Shown one piece after another: positions 36,397 through 47,214 of a DNA stretch of 64,000 nt. Positions within the stretch are counted from its first letter, which is position 1, and every line of letters starts with the position of its first letter. The notes beneath the pieces were generated by a model, which made no database searches, had not been told where the DNA came from, and was given only the letters and a program-made list of their open reading frames with translations. The translations under genes were made by a program, and so were the position numbers. Location: positions 40,245 through 104,244 of the forward strand of contig JAGGAE010000003.1 in the NCBI GenBank assembly GCA_017889725.1, given 5' to 3'. The DNA is from Bacillota bacterium (lineage in GTDB: Bacteria > Bacillota > Negativicutes > Sporomusales > CTSoil-080).

Positions 36397-38409
36397 TTAC
36401 CACCAAGGCAGTTTCCATTGCGGTTTTTGGGTAGGCTGTGGGGACGGTTGAATTTGCCCCGGGGGTAGTTCAGCATTTCTATCCTGTTGGGTTCTTTTAT
36501 CAGCTTGGATAGGTTGTGTTCCAGCGACAAAAGCACTATACTCTATCTCCTTGCAGTCAAAACCGGCCAACTTCCCGGTGTCAGCACAGATCGGCACATG
36601 CGTCACTACATGGCTGGGAACCATAAAATTAACGGTAGGAGATCCACTCAAAATTTTTGTCATTAATATAGCCCACATTCCGGCAACCTGAGTACCTGAT
36701 ATCCCAACCGTGGTCCTGTCATCATTACCAATATAAATTCCCGCCAGCAGCGTAGGCGTATATCCGATAAACCAGGCAGTCTCGTAATTATCTGTAGTAC
36801 CGGTCTTGCCAGCGGCTGGCCGCCCAATATTTGCCGGTGTACCAGTACCGTTCTCAATAACACCTGTTAACATATCTGTTATAAGATAGGCAATCTCCGG
36901 CCGAAGTACCGCCTGCTGCTCAAATCTAGCTTCTTCCAATACTTGTCCATTGCCGTTCACCACTTTCAAAATGGCTCTTGGCTTTGATACCACTCCCGCA
37001 TTGGCAAAACCAGTATACGCCGTGCATAGCTCCAGCAAAGATGCTCCGTGGCTTAATCCCCCCAGGGCGACAGCCAGATTGTTATCTCCCGGGGTTATTG
37101 TGGTAATTCCCATGCGTACAGCCAAATCCAGAACATTCGCCATTCCCACTTGCTGTCCGAGTTTAACAGCCGCTACATTGACTGACCAACGAAGCGCTTT
37201 TTTTAAGGTTATAGGGCCACGATACGTGCGGTCATAATTTTGAGGTGCATACCCACTGATATTAATCCGCTCATCTATAACAATTGCATTTTCCATTAAT
37301 CCTTGATTTAGTGCGGTTGCAAATACAAAGGGTTTAAATACCGAACCAGGCTGGCGAACTTCGCCAATAACCCGATTGAGTTGACTTTCTTCATAATTGC
37401 GGCCACCAACCAGGGCCTTTATCGCTCCGGTTCGTGGGTCTATAACCAGCACAGCTCCCTGATACTGACCCAATACGGCTTCTGCAGCCTGTTGGCATTT
37501 AATATCAAGAGAGGTATACACCTTTAAACCACCCTTATATACTTGGCTAGCCCCGTAACGCTCCACAAGTTCACTGGCTATATAATCGAGAAAGTAAGAG
37601 GCCTGTACCATGCGCTTTTTTCTGCCTGCCAAAACAATGGGCTGGTTCTCAGCCTCTTTCGCTTCCTCCTGTGTTATATACCCAGCTTTAGCCATCCCTT
37701 CGAGTACCTCGCTTCGTCGGTTACGTGCCGCTTCTATATCTACATAGGGGGAAAATATATTAGGCCCCCGCGGCAGACCTGCCAACAAGGCACTCTCTGC
37801 AAGACTCAGCTGATCGGCATGCTTAGAAAAGTATGACTGAGCCGCAGCTTCAACACCATATGCCCCTTCTCCAAAGTATACCTGATTTAAATAGGCTTGG
37901 AGAATTTCCTGTTTGGAAAATTGACGTTCAATCATAAGTGCCAAGAGAGCCTCTTTTATTTTTCTAAGCACCGTCTGTTCCTGCGTTAAAAACAGCCCTC
38001 TAGCTAACTGTTGAGTAATCGTACTGCCACCTTCGGCAAAGCCACCTGTACGAATATCAATCCAAATTGCCCGTAAAATACCAATGGGATCTACCCCCAT
38101 ATGACTGTAAAAGCGAACATCTTCATTCGATATTATAGCCTGCTGAAGATAAGGTGACATTTTTGTTATTGGCACCACAATCCGATTCTCTTCAAACAAT
38201 TTAGAAATTAGTACTCCGTTCGCGTCATAAACCTGTGTGGCTATATTCATTCCCAGACTTTCCAGTTTATTCACCTCTGGAAGTTCCCAAAACGCGTAGC
38301 CTATAGATATCGTGACAAAAGCCAGTATACCGGTAATAACGCCCCCTAAAAGCAAACCTTTATACCGCCAAAGTTTTTTCTTAATGCTACTAATCCCATC
38401 TTTATACAT
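36397..38409 (-). CDS. Penicillin-binding protein 1A (bifunctional glycosyltransferase/transpeptidase)
   Basis: 670 aa. GT51 motifs NEDVRFYSHMGVD and GGSTITQQ. Transpeptidase motifs SVFK, SVN and KTGTT. N-terminal TM. Confidence 0.92.
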   Translation of the reverse strand: MYKDGISSIKKKLWRYKGLLLGGVITGILAFVTISIGYAFWELPEVNKLESLGMNIATQVYDANGVLISKLFEENRIVVPITKMSPYLQQAIISNEDVRFYSHMGVDPIGILRAIWIDIRTGGFAEGGSTITQQLARGLFLTQEQTVLRKIKEALLALMIERQFSKQEILQAYLNQVYFGEGAYGVEAAAQSYFSKHADQLSLAESALLAGLPRGPNIFSPYVDIEAARNRRSEVLEGMAKAGYITQEEAKEAENQPIVLAGRKKRMVQASYFLDYIASELVERYGASQVYKGGLKVYTSLDIKCQQAAEAVLGQYQGAVLVIDPRTGAIKALVGGRNYEESQLNRVIGEVRQPGSVFKPFVFATALNQGLMENAIVIDERINISGYAPQNYDRTYRGPITLKKALRWSVNVAAVKLGQQVGMANVLDLAVRMGITTITPGDNNLAVALGGLSHGASLLELCTAYTGFANAGVVSKPRAILKVVNGNGQVLEEARFEQQAVLRPEIAYLITDMLTGVIENGTGTPANIGRPAAGKTGTTDNYETAWFIGYTPTLLAGIYIGNDDRTTVGISGTQVAGMWAILMTKILSGSPTVNFMVPSHVVTHVPICADTGKLAGFDCKEIEYSAFVAGTQPIQADKRTQQDRNAELPPGQIQPSPQPTQKPQWKLPWW

Positions 38410-38540
38410 AAACGCGCCCTCCCGTCACCACTAGTATACCCAAAGTCTTACAGGCTTTACGCGCAGGAACTTATACCGGCTACAGCGAATATCTCGGTAG
38501 AACATCTCAGCAACTAACTTAATGGCAGAGGTATACCGCT

Positions 38541-39464
38541 ATGACAAATAGCTCGAATACTATCGCACGTGTTTGCCGTATTATTACCATTTTACTTTTC
38601 GCTGCCTTCTTAATTCCTCTGGTTTGGTTTCCTTTGGTATTTAGCGGGACATCCTCCACACCGCCTATCACTACCCCTACCTTACTGGGGGAAAAAACAG
38701 CCCTTCACGTAGCACCACCGCCAGCGGGCGTTTATTATCTTAATGACACCCCTGATTTTCCTTTACAGGGAAACGCCGTTTATGATATATGGACAGTGGA
38801 AGACCGCCAAAACTTAGGGCTACCTCTTGCATTGCCGCCATTCACACCCTACTACGGAGAAAAAACAGTATATTTGACTTTCGACGACGGCCCAACCGCA
38901 GATCACACGGCAGAGATTCTTGCCATTCTCCAGTCTGAAAAAATAAAAGCTACTTTTTTTGTTGTCGGCACACAAATTGAAAAGAACCCGGATGTTCTCC
39001 GCCAGATTTTCCAGGCCGGTCATTCTATCGGCAACCATTCTTATAACCACGTGTATAAAGACCTTTATCGTTCGACCAGCACCTTTATGGATCAACTTCA
39101 TCATACAGATAAAATCATTAAAAGTATTATTGGCGTCCGTCCCAGAATTTGCCGGGCACCGGGCGGAACCTCCGGCAGTTTTACCAAAGACTATTGGAAT
39201 TCGCTTACCACACAAGGATACATAGAAACCGGCTGGAACATTGATGCCGGAGATGCGTCCCGTGCTAACGCCGAAAAAATTACCGCCAATGTAATACATC
39301 AACTTACTAAAAATCATTTTCTTTGGAACCATACCATTATTCTTCTGCATGATGGCCGTGCCAATGCCGAAACAGTAAAAGCCTTGCCTAATATAATCCA
39401 CTACTTAAAAGACCAAGGCTTCGAGTTCCGCATAATTAATCCGGAAACTCCACCCGCTTGGTAG
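38541..39464 (+). CDS. Polysaccharide deacetylase (NodB domain), membrane-anchored
   Basis: 307 aa with an N-terminal TM and the NodB motifs TFDDGP, GNHSYNH, CRAPGG and LLHDG. Confidence 0.88.
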   Translation: MTNSSNTIARVCRIITILLFAAFLIPLVWFPLVFSGTSSTPPITTPTLLGEKTALHVAPPPAGVYYLNDTPDFPLQGNAVYDIWTVEDRQNLGLPLALPPFTPYYGEKTVYLTFDDGPTADHTAEILAILQSEKIKATFFVVGTQIEKNPDVLRQIFQAGHSIGNHSYNHVYKDLYRSTSTFMDQLHHTDKIIKSIIGVRPRICRAPGGTSGSFTKDYWNSLTTQGYIETGWNIDAGDASRANAEKITANVIHQLTKNHFLWNHTIILLHDGRANAETVKALPNIIHYLKDQGFEFRIINPETPPAW

Positions 39465-39465
39465 C

Positions 39466-39500
39466 AAAAATCCCCACCTCAAAATGAGGCGGGGATTTAT
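39466..39500. terminator. Bidirectional terminator between the deacetylase gene and guaB
   Basis: aaaaa-TCCCCACCTCA-aaa-TGAGGCGGGGA-tttat. The single mismatch becomes a G-U pair on the minus-strand RNA. Confidence 0.75.
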
Positions 39501-39503
39501 TAA

Positions 39504-41000
<1,497 letters not shown>

Positions 41001-41028
41001 TTATAATATCATATATAAAGCGTCCAAA
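41001..41028 (-). promoter_or_regulatory. Candidate guaB promoter
   Basis: Minus strand reads TTGGAC (41023-41028)-N16-TATAAT (41001-41006). It lies about 40 nt downstream of the PglX-like stop. Confidence 0.4.
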
Positions 41029-41064
41029 TCTAGCCTTTTTATGACAAGCTATATAATATTACGC

Positions 41065-44000
41065 TTATTTTTTAAAACGAAACTCCTCAATATCTTGTTG
41101 AGCAATTTGCCATGCATCATAATCTTCTACCGCCTTTTTTGTATCCAGTGTGCCTAAAACAGGAGACGCTAATAAACCACTCTGCTCAAAAGGTGCAATA
41201 CTCAAGCGAATCCCATACCTAGTGTCTACTCTTCTCCCGCAAATTCGTTGTACGCGTTCAATAAAATTCTGCAGTTCTTGCTCATTTTGTTCTCCACAAC
41301 ATGCTTTTAAGTCACTAACACATTGACAAAGATCATGTAAGCAATCCAATCTGTGTGAATGTATCAAACAGGAAAATGCCTGCATGCCCTGCTCAGATTG
41401 ACTAGAAAGCTGCCATACAATCGGACGCTTTCTAAACTGCCTGATATGTCGCTTAAAGAAACGTTTTAGTATCCATTCTTGTATGGAAATGCCGACAATC
41501 GCTTCAAATTCAGCTTCAAACAGTATTATATTGCACCAAGTAGCAATCATCCGTCTTACCAAACCAACTAACCCATTACCTTTACACCCATCTGTCAAAG
41601 GTATGAAAGCCCTATCCTCCATCACTGACAAAATTACACAAGTTAACGCATCTTGGGCCATCTGACTCTCACTGTTTCGATCTCGCCAACCATGCTTCGC
41701 AATCCCCTCTTGAACCCATTGGCAAACAACACTGGGCGGCAACTTCACCGCATGAGTCATTTTGTCTAGCTTGCTTACAATAGTTGCCCCTATATTATCT
41801 TGTCCGTCTTCATATATTTCTTTCAAGCGACTCTTATATTCATTTTCTTGTTCACTTAATCCTTCCATGTCATGCCTATACAGGCTGGGTATCTTACCCA
41901 TTTCCTCGGTTATCTCTCGAACCTCCTTCTCCGACAAACAAAACAATTCTTGTATTTTCAAATCAATAGCATCCCTTGCTAATACATACTTTAAAGCCAT
42001 GCTCCAGACACTAGTCTTTCTCTCAGATACCTTGTCACTAAACGGAAAAAAGCTCTGTGGGTTACGCGGATTGCAGCGGTCGGTAATTTCCAGCTCATAA
42101 AGTTTCCCACTAACCTCAGCCGCACATTTTGCCCACTCCACAAGCGTGGTCATATCATTTACATTTACTTCAGGCACAGGCAGTCTCTTTACATCAATAG
42201 GTTGAAAATTTACCGTCGGATTAAAAGCATTAAGCAGCCATTGGTATATTTTCGAATTGAGCAAACTCAATAAAAACCAGGTATTCTCCGACTCATGGGG
42301 AAAAATGCAACTTGCCGCCATATCTGTCATATGTTCCGCATCAAGAAGCTTAGCACAAAAACATTTACTGCTAATAAGTCCGTATACAATTCCCGGACGC
42401 AGCCAATACTTGACATTCGGTAGTTGGGCCGAATAATGCTGTTTATAATATGCGCGGGCAAAATCATTCCATAGAATCAGGTAGGAAGAATTTCTCTTAT
42501 AGCGGTATCCACTAACTTCTTTCTCATAAGACATCCACCGGCTGGTATTCCAGCGTTCCTTTTCCGGTAATTCCCACCACAGGCGCACAAATCTTTTATT
42601 ATCCGAAGTTTTCATGCCCAAAACAATATCTGCATACTCACTCATCGTTTTGCTCTTTGCAAGCATAGTCCTTACCCCGGAACCCAACCAATATATTATC
42701 GGACTGCCTTTTGATCGTTCTTGGGACTTTTGGCTGTATATATACACACAGGAGGAATCTAAGCCATCATTATACCTTGAGATAGTAGCCAGCAATCCCT
42801 TTTCTTTGCATGGCACGCCCGTTAATTTTATATAAACCCCCAGTTCATTGCCAGTATCCTTTCCCAAAACAAACATAGCCGTATCCACCATCGCTGCAAA
42901 AGCGCCCAACCCCAAATGTCCTAACGTACAGATCGTCCAATTTGCCAGTACATGCTGCCGAAAATTCCGGTAACTATTAATAAATAGGAAAGTTTGAGGA
43001 GTAACCATAGCCACATACTCCTTAGCTAACTCTAGGCATCGCAAAACAAACGCTGTATAAAGATTTCCGGCACCGACAGCATAATTATTTCGCAAATAAT
43101 CCCTCAACACTAGAGGATAATCTCTCTTATCCATATAGGGTGGATTGGTTGTTACCACATCATACTGTTGAACAAGCAATAGAGATAATGGATCCTTTTG
43201 TTCCGAACGCAGAAGCGAGCCTAACTTCACGGCCTCAGGTTCTACACTAACTGTCGGAGCAGCCACAACATGAAATGATAACGCAGTCAGGCTTTGGACG
43301 GATAAGGATGGAACCACCTCTTTGGCCCGTAGCCAGAGGACAGTACGGCAGACCTGTATCGCCTGGTGGTCAATATCAATGCCGAATAAATTCGCATTTA
43401 AAATCGAAATGCAAGCTTCTTTATCACTATAACCACCTTCTTCTCTGTACATAGAAAGCAACAAGTCAAATGAACCTAGCAAGAAATTACCGCACCCACA
43501 CGAAGGATCAAGCACAGTAATTTGATTCACCGGTTTACTTTCTTTCGAAAGCTGGGGTTGCCTTTGAACATAATATTTCATATTAGAAGTTAACGCAGTT
43601 TCAGGATGCATCCGTGACCATAGTTTACCAAGGGAATTTTCCAAGAGATACGCTACCATATATTGTTCAGTATAAATTTGAGTAACTATCCCAATTTCAT
43701 CGTCCGTGTATTTATCCGACCGACAGGCTCGCCGCCTTTCACTGATTGCTTTGCGTTCCTTGTCGTGCCAGAAATGATAAAGCCATCCTAGCGAATCAGG
43801 AAAACTAAGACTGAATTTGCTTTCAGGCTCATCCAATATAAGCCAGGCTGCATTAGCATGGTCTTTATTTAATACCAAACTGACACCCGTCTCGATAAGC
43901 GGAGCTAATTCGGATAACTCAATATCTATTTTCCTTGCCCGCGCAACACATTCTACCGCCAGAATAAAAGCACATTGCCAACTTCTTTTTTTGTCCCCTA

Positions 44001-44067
44001 TAGCCTGTGAAACCACTCGGCGCAGTCTATCCGCAACATCAGCCAGTTGCCTCCGGTAATCTTTCAT
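41065..44067 (-). CDS. Solitary PglX/BREX-type (MmeI-like, gamma-class) N6-adenine DNA methyltransferase
   Basis: About 1000 aa from ATG 44067 (GAGGT 7 nt upstream; the ORF track extends to 44127). Motif I VLDPSCGCGNFLL and motif IV TTNPPY. PglX-like blocks TQIYTEQYMVAYLLENSLGKLW and RKRPIVWQLSS. Hand-counted 60-nt samples give about 40% G+C versus 45-55% in neighbours. Confidence 0.75.
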   Translation of the reverse strand: MKDYRRQLADVADRLRRVVSQAIGDKKRSWQCAFILAVECVARARKIDIELSELAPLIETGVSLVLNKDHANAAWLILDEPESKFSLSFPDSLGWLYHFWHDKERKAISERRRACRSDKYTDDEIGIVTQIYTEQYMVAYLLENSLGKLWSRMHPETALTSNMKYYVQRQPQLSKESKPVNQITVLDPSCGCGNFLLGSFDLLLSMYREEGGYSDKEACISILNANLFGIDIDHQAIQVCRTVLWLRAKEVVPSLSVQSLTALSFHVVAAPTVSVEPEAVKLGSLLRSEQKDPLSLLLVQQYDVVTTNPPYMDKRDYPLVLRDYLRNNYAVGAGNLYTAFVLRCLELAKEYVAMVTPQTFLFINSYRNFRQHVLANWTICTLGHLGLGAFAAMVDTAMFVLGKDTGNELGVYIKLTGVPCKEKGLLATISRYNDGLDSSCVYIYSQKSQERSKGSPIIYWLGSGVRTMLAKSKTMSEYADIVLGMKTSDNKRFVRLWWELPEKERWNTSRWMSYEKEVSGYRYKRNSSYLILWNDFARAYYKQHYSAQLPNVKYWLRPGIVYGLISSKCFCAKLLDAEHMTDMAASCIFPHESENTWFLLSLLNSKIYQWLLNAFNPTVNFQPIDVKRLPVPEVNVNDMTTLVEWAKCAAEVSGKLYELEITDRCNPRNPQSFFPFSDKVSERKTSVWSMALKYVLARDAIDLKIQELFCLSEKEVREITEEMGKIPSLYRHDMEGLSEQENEYKSRLKEIYEDGQDNIGATIVSKLDKMTHAVKLPPSVVCQWVQEGIAKHGWRDRNSESQMAQDALTCVILSVMEDRAFIPLTDGCKGNGLVGLVRRMIATWCNIILFEAEFEAIVGISIQEWILKRFFKRHIRQFRKRPIVWQLSSQSEQGMQAFSCLIHSHRLDCLHDLCQCVSDLKACCGEQNEQELQNFIERVQRICGRRVDTRYGIRLSIAPFEQSGLLASPVLGTLDTKKAVEDYDAWQIAQQDIEEFRFKK

Positions 44068-44216
44068 AGCTTTAACCTCAGTTTGAAAATATTTAAACCA
44101 ATAATTCGCTTTATTCTTTGTAAACACCTACCATTATTTACATTTTATGTAATATTTATTTTCTTACAAGGCATGATTTTTCATCTCATCGCAAACACTA
44201 GACTCAGGAGGTAACT

Positions 44217-45587
44217 ATGTCCACTGGCTATCAAAAGATAAAACCGCACAAACTCGTTATCCCTTCAACAATAACTCCCAAAACTACAAAAAAGAAATAT
44301 GACGCGATAGTAGTTGGTGCTGGGCCTGCCGGTTCTACAGCCGCCTATTTTATGGCAAAAGAAGGGATGAACGTTCTACTTTTAGAGCGAGGACCTTATC
44401 CTGGTGCCAAAAACTGTGGCGGAGCCAGTATTATTGCAGAAGCTACACATAAATTATTTCCGAACTTCTGGGATGAAATGGATTGCGAACGCCTGGTAAC
44501 CAGTCAAAGCTACTGGTGGCTTGACGAAACTTCAGCCATAACAGCAGGATTTCGCAGTATGCGGTTGGCGGCAGCTCCTTTTAACAGATTTACAGTCAAA
44601 AGACCGATATTCTATGCCTGGCTGGCGCAAAAAGCTGTGACTGAAGGAGCTACGCTCTGCCTTAACCATCATGTCTCTCATATTCTTTGGGAAGGCAGAC
44701 AGGCTTATGGCGTTGCCCTTAGCCCCCCTCAGGACGATAATGAGCTTTTGGCTGATATAATTATTGCAGCGGACGGCGCCAATTCTCTGCTTACGGAACG
44801 AAGCGGCCTTACACCAGCAGTCTCCCCCAATCACTTATCCCTATATGTAAAAGAAACAATTGCCCTTTCTTCAGACAGCATCGAAGAACGATTCAACCTA
44901 AAACCTGGCCATGGTGCACTAATCGGCCTCATTGGATATCCCACTGCAGGCTTTAATGGTACCGCCTCAATTCATACGTTTAAAGACAGTATTAGCATTA
45001 ATATCGGCATGACAATAACCAATTACGTTCAAGCCGGGCTGCCCCCCTTTTCCTTGTTGGCTCGCCTTAAACGCCACCCGGTAATTGATACACTCATACG
45101 TGGCGGAATCACAACCGAATACGGTAGTGCCACAATTCCCGAAGGAGGTTATACCGCTATCCCCAAACTTATACACCCCGGCGTGTTAGTAGTCGGTGAT
45201 GCCGCTTCCCTTGTCAATGGAACACATGGTTTTAACCTAGCCATGTGGTCGGGATACTTCGCCGCTCAAACAGCCATTAACGCAAAAATAAGTGGAGACT
45301 TTTCAATAAAAAGTCTCCACTTATATCGCCAGTTACTTGATAAAAGCTTTATACTCCAAAACATGAAACACAATGCCAAGGCTGCTTCTTTTGAACGTGA
45401 TGTTCCATATTTTTTTAGTCTGTACAGTCACATTGCTAATGAAGCCGCCTTTGAAATAACTAAAGTTTATACTATGCCTATAAAAACAAAACGTAAATTA
45501 GTTTGGAAAAAAATCATCGGTTTACAGCCGATAACTCGGATTCTAAGAGATATGTGGAAAGGAATAAAAGTGTTATGGGGCAACTAA
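44217..45587 (+). CDS. fixC: FixC-like FAD-dependent oxidoreductase (ETF-quinone oxidoreductase family)
   Basis: 456 aa with YDAIVVGAGPAGSTAAYFMAKEGMNVLLLERGPYPGAKNCGG. The SD is CAGGAGGTAA. It is followed by an overlapping fixX. Confidence 0.8.
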   Translation: MSTGYQKIKPHKLVIPSTITPKTTKKKYDAIVVGAGPAGSTAAYFMAKEGMNVLLLERGPYPGAKNCGGASIIAEATHKLFPNFWDEMDCERLVTSQSYWWLDETSAITAGFRSMRLAAAPFNRFTVKRPIFYAWLAQKAVTEGATLCLNHHVSHILWEGRQAYGVALSPPQDDNELLADIIIAADGANSLLTERSGLTPAVSPNHLSLYVKETIALSSDSIEERFNLKPGHGALIGLIGYPTAGFNGTASIHTFKDSISINIGMTITNYVQAGLPPFSLLARLKRHPVIDTLIRGGITTEYGSATIPEGGYTAIPKLIHPGVLVVGDAASLVNGTHGFNLAMWSGYFAAQTAINAKISGDFSIKSLHLYRQLLDKSFILQNMKHNAKAASFERDVPYFFSLYSHIANEAAFEITKVYTMPIKTKRKLVWKKIIGLQPITRILRDMWKGIKVLWGN

Positions 45588-45862
45588 ACTTTGACGACAT
45601 ACTAAAATATATCCTATTTCAAGTCGACGACAACTGGCAACATGTTACTTTTCGCCAAACGGAACGATGTACTGACTGTTCGGACAAACCCTGTCTGACC
45701 AGTTGTCCTTCCGGAGTATTTTCCTGGAACTCTATTGCCGGTGATCCCATTTTAATTGCCTATAAGCAATGTGTAGAATGCGGCATATGTCGGTTAATTT
45801 GCAACAATATTGAATTCTCATATCCTCACGGCGGATTTGGTGTCACCTATCAGCAAGGTTAG
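45575..45862 (+). CDS. fixX: FixX-like ferredoxin
   Basis: 95 aa from ATG 45575 with MGQLNFDDILKY...CTDCSDKPCLTSCPSGVF...CVECGICRLIC. It overlaps fixC by 13 nt. Confidence 0.8.
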   Translation: MGQLNFDDILKYILFQVDDNWQHVTFRQTERCTDCSDKPCLTSCPSGVFSWNSIAGDPILIAYKQCVECGICRLICNNIEFSYPHGGFGVTYQQG

Positions 45863-46356
45863 TCTTTTCCTAAAAGAAAAGGGGCAAACCCCACAGAAGA
45901 CCAAACCTCGTTATACATACCGCGCAACACTCCATCTATTCGCCTTCTTAGCATATTTTTACTCTGGGCGAGCGAACTGAAAAACAACCTGGTTTGAGGA
46001 TAAGGGCTGTTTTGTGAAGCCTGCTGATAATATTGACGAGAATTTTCAACTAACGAATAAAGCCGCCAGAGTTTGGTTAAATCCGTGATAGGTTTATCAT
46101 GAACTTCAAGGAATAACCGCTGTGCGGTCTGCCAGTTTGTATCCGATCCTAATAACAAGCTTGATTCAATATCAGGATACTTTCCATTTTCCCCTTCTAA
46201 ATCGCACGCCAGTTCCAATAAACGCTCAAATTCCACTTGATACTTACAGACAAGTTCTAAAACCGGTTTTAGTTCCGGTAACACGCCAAAACTTAACTCT
46301 TCTAGTTCCTTACGGATACCAGTCTCTAACCGAACTGCAAATTGTAATGCTTTCAT
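45859..46356 (-). CDS. Hypothetical all-helical protein (degenerate ferritin/rubrerythrin-like guess)
   Basis: 165 aa from ATG 46356 (GAGGAGA SD). It has two helical halves (KALQFAVRLETGIRKELEEL and LFFSSLAQSKNMLRRRIDGVL) and no ExxH metal motifs. Its stop overlaps the fixX stop (TTAG). Confidence 0.4.
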   Translation of the reverse strand: MKALQFAVRLETGIRKELEELSFGVLPELKPVLELVCKYQVEFERLLELACDLEGENGKYPDIESSLLLGSDTNWQTAQRLFLEVHDKPITDLTKLWRLYSLVENSRQYYQQASQNSPYPQTRLFFSSLAQSKNMLRRRIDGVLRGMYNEVWSSVGFAPFLLGKD

Positions 46357-46459
46357 ACAGCTATTCTCCTCTTCCAACAGCATAATCCTTCGTACTAGGC
46401 TAATAGCTATATTTTATTCGTCGGCCGGAATATTATCCCTGCCGACGATTGAAAGACGT

Positions 46460-47116
46460 TTATGGGATTAAAACAGAGGTCAGTGTCTTTAGATTTACCC
46501 AGGCCCTGAAAGTACCGAACAGAGGTAAAATACCTCCCGGGAATGAAGGTCCGAACACATTCAAGGCTCCTATACAAATCATTAGCGGGGCCGCGCTTGT
46601 TCCCGGTCCAAATAAAATAACACATTCATCAACTTCACTCAGTTGCCCGCCAATTACCCAGCCACCTACAAGCAGGGCGCCGATATTTTGGCCACCAAAT
46701 TCATCTAACTGCTCCAACAGCTTGCATTGCTGCCTTACATAGGTACCGGTAGATTTAGGTTTAATCATCGGTTTGTGAACAGCCATCTGGTTACTCGCCA
46801 ACCCACATGCCTTACTAATAGGCGGAATTAAGAAAGGACCTTCAACGACTGCTGTTATAGTACATATATCAATTAGCGCCTCGCTTAATAATATGTCATA
46901 TTCAGGAAGAGTAGCATTCGGCGGTCGAAAACGAACCGTATTTACTCCGGACAAGCCAACTGCAGGAAGTACACTAATAACCCAGTCATCAATCCCCCCA
47001 AGACGCCCAAATACCGCGGAGCCGTCTAAAAGCAAAAGCAACACGTTCCGCCCAGCCAGTCCCTTAAGCTCTCTGACAAACTCTCTGTTACTGTAGTGAT
47101 GCGAGCCTGTATTCAT
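46460..47116 (-). CDS. Hypothetical protein with an internal duplication of an Sm-like/DUF2642-like motif
   Basis: 218 aa with strong SD AGAGGAGG. The repeats GRNVLLLLLDGSAVFGRLGGIDDWVISVLP and GQNIGALLVGGWVIGGQLSEVDECVILFGP align. Confidence 0.45.
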   Translation of the reverse strand: MNTGSHHYSNREFVRELKGLAGRNVLLLLLDGSAVFGRLGGIDDWVISVLPAVGLSGVNTVRFRPPNATLPEYDILLSEALIDICTITAVVEGPFLIPPISKACGLASNQMAVHKPMIKPKSTGTYVRQQCKLLEQLDEFGGQNIGALLVGGWVIGGQLSEVDECVILFGPGTSAAPLMICIGALNVFGPSFPGGILPLFGTFRAWVNLKTLTSVLIP

Positions 47117-47184
47117 GCGTAAGCCTCCTCTGCCTAATGTAGCTTACTATAACTTATGCACGATTTACAGAACATGTTCCAGAT

Positions 47185-47213
47185 AAAAAAACACGCTTAA
47201 CGCGTGTTTTTTT
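47185..47213 (-). terminator. Intrinsic terminator after the TVP38 gene
   Basis: AAAAAAACACGC-ttaac-GCGTGTTTTTTT, 2 nt after the stop codon. Confidence 0.8.
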
Positions 47214-47214
47214 A

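Noticed and set aside
38820-39401. 193-aa minus-strand ORF overlapping the polysaccharide deacetylase gene
   Set aside because: The plus-strand frame carries all NodB motifs (TFDDGP, HSYNH, RAPGG, LLHDG). The antisense ORF has no recognisable features and no SD.
41065-44127. Hidden nuclease (PD-(D/E)xK) in the N-terminus of the PglX-like protein, which would make it a Type IIG/IIL restriction enzyme
   Set aside because: The only candidate (KD-x9-DEPESK around residues 85-105) has D-E-P where an E-x-K would be expected after the hydrophobic strand. This is not convincing by eye and is left as a check in the finding.
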